Below the pieces are notes generated by a model. The model worked only from the letters and a program-made list of their open reading frames with translations, ran no database searches and had not been told where the DNA came from. The translations under genes and the position numbers were made by a program. A stretch of DNA of 57,725 nt, counting the filler, from Platydemus manokwari (Eukaryota), in assembly GCA_037951405.1 (NCBI GenBank). It is 5 parts of 5 records of this genome, joined end to end, with 100 filler letters (N's around TTAATTAATTAA, not from the genome) between each part and the next. Parts side by side here need not be neighbours in the genome. Positions count along the whole stretch, not along the records: positions 1 to 11,491 come from JBBMOY010646653.1; positions 11,592 to 21,921 come from JBBMOY011144548.1; 3 more parts are not named here. One strand, 5' to 3'. Shown piece after piece: positions 1-11,914 of this stretch; positions within the stretch are counted from its first letter, which is position 1; each line of letters begins with the position of its first letter.

Positions 1-448
1 ATTCAACAATAATAATTGGGAAAACGCCTTAATGTATACTAATTAAGACCGGGTTAAACATCTTGTCGACCAGTATAAATACAATCATATTTATAAATAC
101 AGTTTACCACCCTAATATGATTGGTAAATGTTTGATTATCAATACAATAGAGTTTCACAGCACCTGAAACTGTGTTGAATATGTTGAATAGAAAAACTAA
201 TAGTTCAAATAATAAATTTTCCAAAAATAATATTTTTACAATTTCGACATGGATGATCAAGAGATTGTCTGATTACGTCGATTAATGTCATCAAACTGAA
301 ATAAAAAAAGACAAATTTTTAAAATATGAAGTAATTGGTGAACCAAATAATCGATACTTTTAATTCGTTTAATATTTTCTTATAATGAATGACTGTTTAA
401 AATGATTATTTACGTGCCAATTAATTTAAATAAAATTGAAAAATGGTT

Positions 449-699
449 NNNNNNNNNNNNNNNNNNNNNNNNNNNNNNNNNNNNNNNNNNNNNNNNNNNN
501 NNNNNNNNNNNNNNNNNNNNNNNNNNNNNNNNNNNNNNNNNNNNNNNNNNNNNNNNNNNNNNNNNNNNNNNNNNNNNNNNNNNNNNNNNNNNNNNNNNNN
601 NNNNNNNNNNNNNNNNNNNNNNNNNNNNNNNNNNNNNNNNNNNNNNNNNNNNNNNNNNNNNNNNNNNNNNNNNNNNNNNNNNNNNNNNNNNNNNNNNNN
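449..699. other. Assembly gap (N run)
   Basis: Continuous Ns. The ORF-track entries 402-740, 436-723 and 443-718 are artefacts of this gap. Confidence 0.99.
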
Positions 700-3312
700 C
701 TTACTTTTATTGTTTTAAATTAAATAAAATTACTTTGTAATTCAGAAAATCAAAAGAATAAAAGAAAATAAGCACATTTGAATTTCCTTGTTAACCAAAT
801 AGTATAAATAGCCCCGAAATAGTCATAGCAAAAAGTCACTGCAATGAAACTACTAGAAGAACGATGGTATTCATACCATTTAAGGCATTCAATCTATCCA
901 AAATTCTGTATGCCTTGTTAATAGCTAGAATTAGCTTTTTTAAACATTAGAATTGATCAAGCCGAAAAAAAGATCAAACATTGAGGTTCATTGGACCATC
1001 AGAACTCCAAGATTAATTAAGACTTGTCAAAAAGTGTCCGTAATGATAATAGTAATTATTATTATAACTATTAAAATATCGATCTCCCCAAAAGTAATGA
1101 ACCTTTATAAACTATTTTCTCCCTCCAGATAATATTTTGAATAGTGAAAAACAATTTCTTCTTCTTGATAGAATTATAATTTCTCAACGCTAGTCATCAC
1201 ATTCAATTTCATTAAATTTATTTATTTTATTTTTAAATTATCTAAAATTATTTTCCTGAAAAATATGAATTAGATTTTGTGATATAATTGAAATTATTTT
1301 CCACATCGCTAAGATCAATATTATTTTTCTGTTTGAAATTTAAAAATCACAAATTTCTTACCTATAATCCTATCAAACATTGATTTATGAGGTTCGGTTT
1401 AAATAAGAATTTGAAAGAAATTTAAAAAATCCTAATAACAATTTGATTAGTTGAAATTATGATGAAATTATGTTAATCATAATAATGATTGATAAAATTT
1501 TGGAAAAAGAAATTGAAGATTTTTTTATTTTATTACTTTTTATTTTTTTATTTTTATCATTAAAAAATCAATAAGATTATATTCAAAGAAAAAGAAAATG
1601 AAGAAGAAAGCTAATAATCCCAAGAGTTTGTGACACGGGGCAATGAAGAAATCATAACGAATGGCTAAGCCTCTGTTAATGTCTATTGGCTGGATTTTAT
1701 TATTTTGAAATCAATATTATTAAATTGAATCTAGTAATTAAATTAAGGTCACGAATAACGAAATCATTTATACGATCTGTTTTGTCGATATTATTTGTTA
1801 GAGCAGTAGTGAACCATCCAAGACTAAGTGAACACGAATAAAATTAAGTCCATGATTAAATTTGTTCCACAAATTAACATTAAAAATCTTCCTAAAATAA
1901 AATAAGAAAATTTCCATAAAAACTATTTTTCACAAAAATTTATAATAAAACTTTTTCGAAATTAAAAATAAATAACTTTGATATATTTTGTTTAAATATA
2001 TCAAACAAGAAATTGTTTTGCATACCTCAAGGTCATGGAAAAATCTAACCATAGTCCAATTTTAGTAACTACAGCAGTGCTAAAAACAGACTACCAGAAT
2101 TTAGTAATATTTGTCAACTAAAATTGTGGATTGATACTAAATTTAGTACGGACGTGTAAATGTTGCTAAAAATAGCGATAAATGTAGCAATACACACAAA
2201 GTGGCATAATAAAGTACAAAAATACATATTTTAGTCCATGAAAGAAATTTCTTTATAATTTTTAATCGTACAACAATGAAATTCAGAAAAATTATTATTA
2301 TTGTTGATGAACGAACAAGTTTCTATTTCGTTTGAAGATTCTGTATTTATTATTGATCTAAAGATATTTTTGTAAAGCCATTATGAGTAAATTACTTTGG
2401 CAATTTAATTAATATCAAACCCACGACGATCACTAGCCTTTTGAAATCCAATAAGAACTCGTTTTTAGTTCTCCACCTCTATTTTTTATAGAGAGATTTT
2501 TTCGTCTAGTTACTAACGTACTAAAATTGTAAAAAAACAATACATTGAAAATCGTCATCTTCTACATCGTTCTCTGTACGCCAACAGCATTTGTTTCATC
2601 GTAAAATCAACTCCAAATTACCAATGCCTGGAATATATATTTTTCAATTCTCCACCAAGTCACATCCTATTTAAAAATATAAACCTCGATACAATGAAAA
2701 CATTTCCAATTTCATAACAATTGCGAATATAGTAATGTGGCATTTCAAGCAATATTGTGAGAAACACAAATGTGACATTAATATTCGAGAATTTAATAAA
2801 AAAACATGAGACATTGAGGTGCAAGCAAAATCTGACGAGAACATTAACAAAAGTAATGAAAATAGTCTATCCATTAATCGACAGTACAATTAACTTTGAA
2901 TTCTCTTAGAAAAATTGAAAGGTGATTGCCTATTTGGGGAAATAATGCAAACAATTGAAAATAGCACATTTCTGTGGAAAACAATCCCCTCTGATAGGAA
3001 AATTGCAAAGCAACAAGATGGGAAAAGAAATAATTAAAGAAGCTAATTCTAAAAGTCTGATCAATGCAAATTAAATATGAGTGTAATTAAAATAAATCTT
3101 TAAAATATGATTTAAGAGGCATATCTAAATGAAAATCTTAAAATCAATAAACGTTCAATAATAAAAACTTAATATACCGAAAAGTTCAACTTTAAATAGA
3201 CACAATTGATGCTATTGTATTCAATTTTGACGTAAAAGAAAAATAAAAACATAAGCACCACAATAAATACCCCAGTCACGACAACTCATGAGTTATCATG
3301 ACATATTACCTA

Positions 3313-3326
3313 GTTGTTATGGCAAC
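3313..3326. promoter_or_regulatory. Candidate RFX X-box motif
   Basis: GTTGTTATGGCAAC is an imperfect palindrome matching the 14-bp X-box pattern RTHNYY-WT-RRNRAC. No target gene was identified. Confidence 0.25.
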
Positions 3327-5532
3327 TTTATTGGAAAATTAATTTAGAAATAAACAACCAATTAGAAACACAAATAAGCAAAAAAAATAGTGTGTTTGGG
3401 TTGTGCCATTATCATTTGATTTCCGTGTGAGTTCTGTACTTCCGGTTGAAGCCTTATGTCAATCCAGTAGGCTCGTGAATTATAATCAGCAATGAAATTA
3501 TAATCGAAATAATAACTCAGATGATATCAATTTCAGGTATTTAGATTTACTAAAATGTGCGAAGTCGTTTAAAATTACGATTTATTTAACGCAATACAAT
3601 CAAGTATTTCGTCTCCCTCTTTAAGAAAGACCCAATTAAATTTAAATTCCCAATTATTCCAAATATAGTTCTTGCAAACACTCATGCTAAAAACCATTGT
3701 CAACTAGGAACGGCTCTGATAGCGAACTTTATTGATTTTGAAATATTATTGATTTTATTCAAATATATCCCAGTCGTTCAAAATTTATAGTTGGCTTACT
3801 GTTGTATTCTAGTTTTAATGAATGATTTTTCTCATTAATAATGAAAGCGTTTTAGGTAAATTTCCTTTTTCACTCAGGAACCGCTATAATTATTTAGTGA
3901 ACGAACTTTCTAATTTTCCTGCTGCTTATACACTATTTTTTCCTAAGCGGATTATGAATAATCAAATTTTCATTATTTCCTTTATTTCCTTTCCTAGCTT
4001 CCAGTAATCTGACGATTGACGAGAGGATTGAGAAGGTTGTGAAGGTGGCGAAGATAATGATAATTTACCTCTGTAACAAGTGTATAACGGAACACAAAAC
4101 GCAGAAAATAGCGCAAATAATTTTGGAAATCTCAGGAGAAGAAAATAGACATTCTAGATTTAAAAACAGAAGAGGATTATGAAATTATAAATTCACCACG
4201 TCACAGTTCTCAAAGAATATGTGACATCTTTCTAGCTTAACTCTCCGAACCTCTTTTTCACCAGAGTTGGGTAGTAACAGTTCCGCAATCAGGTTTTTTA
4301 ATTGTTTTCAGGTCATATCAGGCCATAACGAAGGCCATAGAAAATCAGTAAAAAGATAAAATCATCCAATGTATTTATTGTTATTACGTAACTGTTCTGA
4401 GTCATTATCTACTTGCCTCATATTGATCAAATAAATATTACTTGTCTTCGATTATTTTGTCACAAATCTATATAGCTCAAATTTATATAAGCAACCACCA
4501 TTTCGTCACTGTCACGAGTCAGATATTGATAGAAATGATTATTCTCACAGGTACTAAAGTATCACTGATGTCATCAAATTCAATCAACATGACATATGAC
4601 TGAAGAAAGATATCAACTGTATAATTTAAGAGTCACGACACACATCAATTATTCGAAGAATTAAAGTAAAGAAACAATATAAATTGAATGCTTTGGAGGT
4701 TTGATGATTCACTGAATATGTTGGGGTACTGAAAACATTAATCTTTTTCACAATAATTGATCTGATAAACAATATCGGTCTATAGTGTAAATATTTAAAA
4801 TATATTATTTCCATGGCAGCACGTGTTGAACAGCAAATATCAAAAGGAATAAAATTAAAATCTTAAGGGGATTTTGGGGAAATGTATCAAAATAAAATCA
4901 ATTGAGGGATGATACTTTAGTGTTCAAAACAAGAATAAATAGGAGGATAAAATCAATCATCAAACACAACCAAAACCACAACCACGTGTAAAAATCTCCG
5001 ATAAGGACACCAATAGGATCTATAGACTACGAATTTGCCGTTGGATCAACAGATACCTTGGCATTGACTCGAATTTTGATGAGAAATATACTTCAATTTA
5101 TTTCAAATCAAGGTGAGTCCCATAGTTTGTTAACCCTTTAATCATTATTATAGTACATATCGTATTATTATTATTATTTTATTTTCGAGTTTTGTCTCAT
5201 GAAGCACCTCATGAAGGTAATTAGTTCTGATCCTCGAGTTGGAGTAAGTTAACCGTATTGTTGGGTTTTGGTAATTATATGTTTGTATTCCCAGGGTTTT
5301 GGTACTTATGAGTTGTTACTCCCAACACAAGTGAGTTCTTAATGTTAGTCTGATTTAAATTCGAACTAACTCTCTCGATTATTAGTCAATTCGATAAATA
5401 CGATACTTATAAAAATGTCGGCTTACTATATGAACACATCTACAAATCGAAATTATTATTAAAATAATAAATCAGAACGTAAGATAGTTAAATTGAAAAT
5501 AATCCGCTATTGAAACTATTTCAAATACACAA

Positions 5533-6810
5533 TGTTCTATTAATTACAATTAAAAATTATAAACAATTAATTTATTAATAAATCGGACCAAACAATATAT
5601 TTATTTATTCCTCAAGCAAACTAGATTTTAGCTCGTGCAAGTTAAGGTTCGGGAGTGGTCGATTCGAATTTAACGAAACAACCTATATATTAATATTTTA
5701 GAAAATATAGAAAAATATATATATTATATATTAGAAAATATATATTATTTCGACTTTATCAACTTTCGCACCTTAGAATTTACTCCCGTAAGTTGTTGTA
5801 ATATGCAATATTTTGCCAGCACTCTTGCAAAAGACGTTTATGAATTTTCTTCTGTCGATTTAATCTTCTTCTAGTGATAAAAACAGTCTTCCGCAGTTTG
5901 ATTTGATTTTCTTCAGAGATTCAAAACCTTTTATTCTTCAATTTCTATGATTTAAGATTTTCTAGATTTTTGTGTTTAGATTTTTGTGAGAGAGAAATAA
6001 TGATTTTAGGTATCTATTTATAGTATTTTAGAGGTGGAAAATTCGCTTTAGAAATTTAAAATATTTTTATTTTCCAACTTCAAAATTAAAATTATTTTAT
6101 TTTACCCAAAAATTTAATTCTAATAATTTTTTATTCTATTATATAAATTCTAATAATTTTAGACTTTTAGAAATTCCAACGAATTAATTTTGGAATTTCT
6201 ATATATTATTAGCTCACTTAAACACATTTCTAATATTCTATATAAATTAAATTTATTTTTCTATTATTGTTATTTTAGGCGCGCTATTTATTATTTTTGT
6301 TGTACGATTTATTTTGAAGTTTATCATCGTTAAAATTTTCATTCTAATAATTATCATTAAAATATAATTTGTGACAAATACATTATACAAATACTTGAAT
6401 ATAGCATATATTTAAAAGGAAGGATTTGGGAATTACATAATATAAGATATAAAGATTAGAGACGAAATCATGAATAAATCAAATGTAAAAATCAAATGTA
6501 AATGTTCATGAGAATCCAAGATCATATTGTTCGTCTTGATCCATACGTTTGTGCATTCCTCACCATCGGGAATTTTCCTCTCTCGGATCTCTTGGGATTA
6601 TTGGTTCCGTCTTGATTGTTTCCTGGGGTTCTTTCCGGCCGACCTCCGTTCCATCTCAGTTCCCATCTTGATCGAGCTCAATCCTTTCATTGGCATTTGT
6701 GGCTGTTAAGTTAGACGAGCTTGGAGCATTGGATGGTGTGTGATAGGATGTGCTTGGGTCGTTAGAGGGTATATGATAAGATGTGCTTGGAGCGTTGGAG
6801 GCGCTTTCCT
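5533..6810 (-). mobile_element. Probable 3' end of an LTR retrotransposon: decayed ORF C-terminus (~6510-6810) followed by an LTR-like segment (~5533-6376)
   Basis: On minus, the segment starts TGTCACA at 6376, has a CTATAAATAG TATA box (~6014-6023) and an AATAAATAAA poly(A)-like signal (~5600), and could end ...AACA at 5533. Upstream on the same strand a GC-richer frame reads ESASNAPSTSYHIPSNDPSTSYHTPSNAPSS...DQDGN*DGTEVGRKEP, with stops. Boundaries are approximate. Confidence 0.4.
6717..6803. repeat. 33-bp degenerate tandem repeat (~2.6 units), 11-aa periodic on minus
   Basis: Units start gagcttggagcattgg (6717), gtgcttgggtcgttag (6750) and gtgcttggagcgttgg (6783). Minus translation: SNAPSTSYHIP / SNDPSTSYHTP / SNAPSS. 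Confidence 0.8.
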
Positions 6811-9669
6811 AACAGTATTCTTTATCCAGAAGATGTAGAACAAGCCGTTTAAGCGTTATTGTATTTCAGTGTACACCGTAGCATAAAATCAATTGCAATT
6901 TTTATCTTATTGTATCGGCGTCTTAACAATAGCTGTCACGCGTTATTGTAAAAGCGTTATTGATTTGGAGTTATTGTCATATAAGTTGAATAGGCTATAG
7001 GAATAAAGTACAAACTGAGACTGATAGCATCAAAATCACAAATGTCATTGTTGCCGATCATACTATCTCTATATAGTATTGATCGTGAGGAGAAAACCGA
7101 AAGTAAAGGTTTAATAGATTGTACCTTAGACTTGATTAGGACTCATTGAGACTGATCAAGTCAACAGTGATCTTTCAAGAGTTAATATTTGAGAGTGATA
7201 AGAATAAGATTTAAAAAGCAACTAGCTCGAAACACATGAAATAAATCCCTTTCTTTTTCGGTAGGTATTCCTCCAATATATTTATTTTTTAGTTCTTTCA
7301 TTATGAAATTCACCATTTATTAATATGCTCATTGTCTTCACTGAATCCATGGCCATTTCATTCATTTTCGTCGTTAGCCTTCACATCTTTGTATCTGCTA
7401 AAATGCATTTTAATTACATATCAATGCAAAACGAAGCACTGTCCAGCACTAAATGATTACATAAGAATTACTAGAGGGTAAATAGGACTCACTATTTTAT
7501 TCCAACTATTGGAATTTATTCATTTCACAAAAAAATCGATTTCAAAATCGTTTAAGAAATTTAAATATTTCAAATTTATTTATCATAATGTAATCAAATA
7601 TTGATTTTTAAATTTTGAATAGATATTTATTTATGAATTCATATTCCACCAAATCGGAAAAATCAATTATATCGAATGAATGTCAAAAAGTCACATTAAA
7701 AATAAATTTGTTTTATTATACAACAATGTTTTGATAAATATTTGCGATTTTAAGTTATGGCCAAGCTTCAATTGATGGATTTTTAAAAATAACTTATTTT
7801 CTACAAGAAATATTGAATTTGCTAAACATTACGTTAGAATATCTTTACTAATACGTTAGAATTTTATATATGAAATTTTAGATGTTGAGAATATTACCAA
7901 GACTTTAATCGACGGAAGCTCTTGATATGAAATCATCAAAGAAAAGGGAACTACTTGGTAAAGAACATAATGCGCAAATACAGTTGACGACTTATTTCAG
8001 GGATTAACTATAACGACGAATATTGCCACACCTTTATAATATGCTAAATTCATATCGAAGATGAAATCGGCAATGTTTCCATTGTATCGATGGTCCTATT
8101 TAAAAAATGCGAGTATAAAACCTGACTTGGTGCAGAATTGAAAAATATGTACGGGACGCTTCGGTAATTTCTTGATTATTTAAATACGATCGACATTTTG
8201 CGAAAATGTAATTTATAATCAATATTTTTAATTGATATCGGTTCTTTTATTGATTTATCCATCCTAAATAGTTATTTAATCGATTTTTAATTTTTAAAAA
8301 CAATTTTATTTTTTTTTTAAATTCTTTTAAACATGATTGAGCGAATATATATTTTTCTATAACTTTGTTCAAAATCATAAAATTTAATTTTTGAGAATAT
8401 ATTATTGACACTTCCTGTAGTAATTTTTAAAGATTTGAAGACCTTCAAAATTCTTCCGATTTTGACAAGATTTCTTTCTCTGTTCACTTTTATTTTCCAT
8501 TTTCTTGATGTTTTTTGAAACTTCGATGATTTGGTTTTTTCAATTTGCATTAAATTTTAGCATTTCCTGAGAATATATCGTTTTTAATTCTTTTCGAAAG
8601 ATTTCCACGTGCATCTTGTTCATTCGGATATTCCTGGAAACATTTTAACTTTATGTTCTCTTCATCAGCCATCATTTCTTCAATAACCAAAGGGTCTTTA
8701 GTTGAAAGATTGTCTATCACTTATGAAAGTCCAGTGTGAGAATTCTTTGTAATAAAAATCGTTAATATCTTCATTAATTTCTTCATTAGATTTTCTTAGT
8801 TCTTCATCTTTCTTAATTCCATATTTTATTCCATAAAATTGTTGAAGTCTTCTGTTGAATAATATATTCTTTCATCATGATCTATTTTGGATGCTTGGGG
8901 TTGCTATTTTGGGTTTGTTATCTGGCTCTTCCATTAATCATATAGGCTAATGGTGATAGGAATTTTTGTCATCTTCGCTCTCCACACTGAGTAGGTCTAT
9001 GGTTTGCCAACAGATCATCACCTTCAAAAAAACAAGGACAACTTTGATGTTGGTTCATACAAATCATTGAATTATGTATATCAGTTCCATTGCATCGATT
9101 CAAGTGGGATGGTTTGAGTAGCAACTTAGACTGGATTGATATTTTTAAAGAACTACAATGGAGGATTTAAATTATCGTGGGAATTTATTCTTAACGAAGA
9201 TGAGTTGATACATTCTTTCGTAATATAAAATTTAATATAAAATAATCAAAATATATAAATGAAATAATTCAATAGGAGGATTATTTTGAAGGTTTTAAGA
9301 TATTTACCATTTTTTATAATTTCATTGAAAATTTATTGCCCCATTAAAGAATTTCAATTTTGTGCAACATGTGACAGAGTCAATATTTTATCATACATAC
9401 ACGTCAGAGAACGCATCATTGAGATGAAATTCAGATAACGAACTTCCATTTGTTGATGTATATTTTAAAATGTAATTCAGTGTAGGATATGTCTTTATTC
9501 ACTCTTATAATACACGATTCTTTACTTTTTTTTTTTTAAAATATTTAGGTATAGTATCATGATCTGATTTATATTTCTTTCTTCCTACACTTAATAAAAT
9601 TTTTATTTGTGATATTTGGATTTTTCTTGTACTTTTATAAAAAGCGAGCCATCTCAGAGCATTCCAAAG

Positions 9670-10217
9670 ATGGAGTATAATCCAACAGCAGAAGATATGA
9701 AACACAGGAAATCATTCGTGAGAACGAAATTAAGTCAGGATGAAATCAAGGAAAGAATGATGTTCCTCGATACAGAATTTACAGCTAGGAATGCAGATGA
9801 CTCCAGTTCCCCATTAACAGTTGCAGCAATCAATTACGACGTAAAGATCTTGATGGATTTCTGAATAACACAGAGGCAAAAGGTTGTTGATTTTGGAGAG
9901 AAATATGGAATCCGCGAGAAACAAATAAGGAATTGTCACAATGAATATGTAGCTATTGAAGCTGGACCGACTGAAAGTGAAAATCTTGGTGGGTCACGAT
10001 CTGCAGATGGAATTTTAATATTTAGCGCTGAATGTCAAGCAACTATTTAGGACTTGGCTGCAGCCTCGTATTTAGACACTTCAATATTCAAACCAAAGGC
10101 GGCGGTCAAAATTATAAATTACAAGCACTAGCAAAACAGATTGCTACCCTGGACATCCAGAAAGGAGGATCTATATATAAAAAGATCGAAAAAAGTTGGC
10201 CGACCATCACGCAATAG
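9670..10217 (+). pseudogene. Decayed REX4/ISG20-like DEDDh 3'-5' exonuclease
   Basis: Motifs appear in order across stops and frameshifts: MMFLDTEF (ExoI DxE, 9766-9780), F*ITQRQKVVDFGEKYGIRE, LKVKILVGHDLQMEF* (ExoII region), (R)DLAAA, YKLQALAKQIATLDIQKGG, then IYKKIEKSW. The ExoIII H...DA segment seems deleted. No introns are evident. Confidence 0.7.
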
Positions 10218-11491
10218 CAAAACCGCAAGGAAATTTTTGGAAATGCTTTTACCAATTGATGTAATTGCATTGTAAAATAATTTTCCCTTTTGGCAATATG
10301 TATTCCTTGTAACTTTAAGCAACTGAATAAAGTAGTAACATCTTCAAACCCTCCGACAGCTTTTCCAATTTGTTTTGGACATTATTTCTATATAAAATGC
10401 TCTCTAATTTTTTTTTGAGATTTGAAATGATTTCTTCTGGGGAATGAGCAACCGATAAATTATAATTTTTTCTTCATTATTGATAATTATTAAATTAAAT
10501 AATAAATATTTTTTGATATTCAAATTTTTTTTCATGTTCTTTTGATTTTTTGATGCTTTCTTTTAGTAGTTATATTCACAATTTCATTTATAATATAAGA
10601 GGAATCAAAAATATTTTTATGGTTTGCTTTCAGCAATAATTTTCATATTGATTGCAATAAATTTTTTGATATCATCTAATAACCTGGATAATCCCTCTGC
10701 TGTTGAACTTCTTAATTCTTCGGAAAATGTTCTTTTCCTAATTTATTAATCTAAAAATAAAATTCTATAAAATAACATATGATTTTTAAATATTTAGTTT
10801 ACTTCTTTTTTACTTCAACCCTATTGTTTTAATTTACTAAAACAAATCTAAATATTAAATAAATGTGAATAAAATTTTAAAATGTTCGGCAAGACCATTG
10901 TATGATTACAAATGGCCAAACACCTTACAAACAGTTCACATCTGGACACAAGAAATTAGAAACAAAGTTCAAATAAACCCACTATCCAATGGCATTGCCT
11001 GTAGATGGGTGTATGAACTAAAATTGAAAGTTAACATAAAACTTCGACAGAGAGGAGGATATAATTGAAATGACACAAAAATACGTATGTAAAATTTGAT
11101 AATCTGCGAAATCTTCGTTGTTGATAACATATTACGAAATAAAATTTTATAGTCAAGAATTGATTTAAACAAAATTTTAGAATTGTGTTGAAAACAAGTT
11201 CTTAAATTAATTAAAACAAAATTTTAGATTTATATAAAACTCAATTTTTTGATTAAAATATATTGTAACAAATTTTTATTAGAAAAAAGAATAAACACAA
11301 TAAAAAAATCACAAATCAAAAATTTGTTTGTAAATATTTTTATTAAAGGAGTTCATCGCGGTAACCTCTATTTTTAGAAAAAAATGTATTTAAAAGAAAA
11401 TCATAAATTATTATCACACAATCACCACACACATGCACAACGACTATAAAAATTTTAAAATTATCAATCATTGTCACAACAATTTACAGAT

Positions 11492-11591
11492 NNNNNNNNN
11501 NNNNNNNNNNNNNNNNNNNNNNNNNNNNNNNNNNNTTAATTAATTAANNNNNNNNNNNNNNNNNNNNNNNNNNNNNNNNNNNNNNNNNNNN
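11492..11591. other. Artificial scaffold join (N44-TTAATTAATTAA-N44)
   Basis: A six-frame stop linker at 11536-11547 sits at the centre of a 100-nt gap. The identical construct occurs four times. Confidence 0.95.
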
Positions 11592-11914
11592 ATAAAAATT
11601 ATTTACAAATTATTAAAATATAAATTTTGAACTTGTTAAAAAATTCAGAAATAGTGATTAAAATTGGAAATGTCCTTTAATATATTCTTTTGAAAATTTG
11701 AGTAAATTAGCAAATTTTAAAATTTTAAAAAATAAATTACAAAAATGGAAATCTCGACAAATAATATATTTTCAAATATTACAAAAGCCAGCCTATTTTA
11801 ATTAAACTGAGATAAATTATTGATCACATTTAATCTAAAATATCAGCTAAAATATTGATTAACACAATGTTAATTGGTGAATGCTTGATAATTTAATCAA
11901 GAAAATGTTGATCT

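Noticed and set aside
4940-5112. IRTPIGSIDYEFAV...ILMRNIL followed by gtgagt, as an exon or the C-terminal half of a retroviral protease
   Set aside because: Two frames are open, and no DTG/DSG motif or acceptor was found. It is ambiguous.
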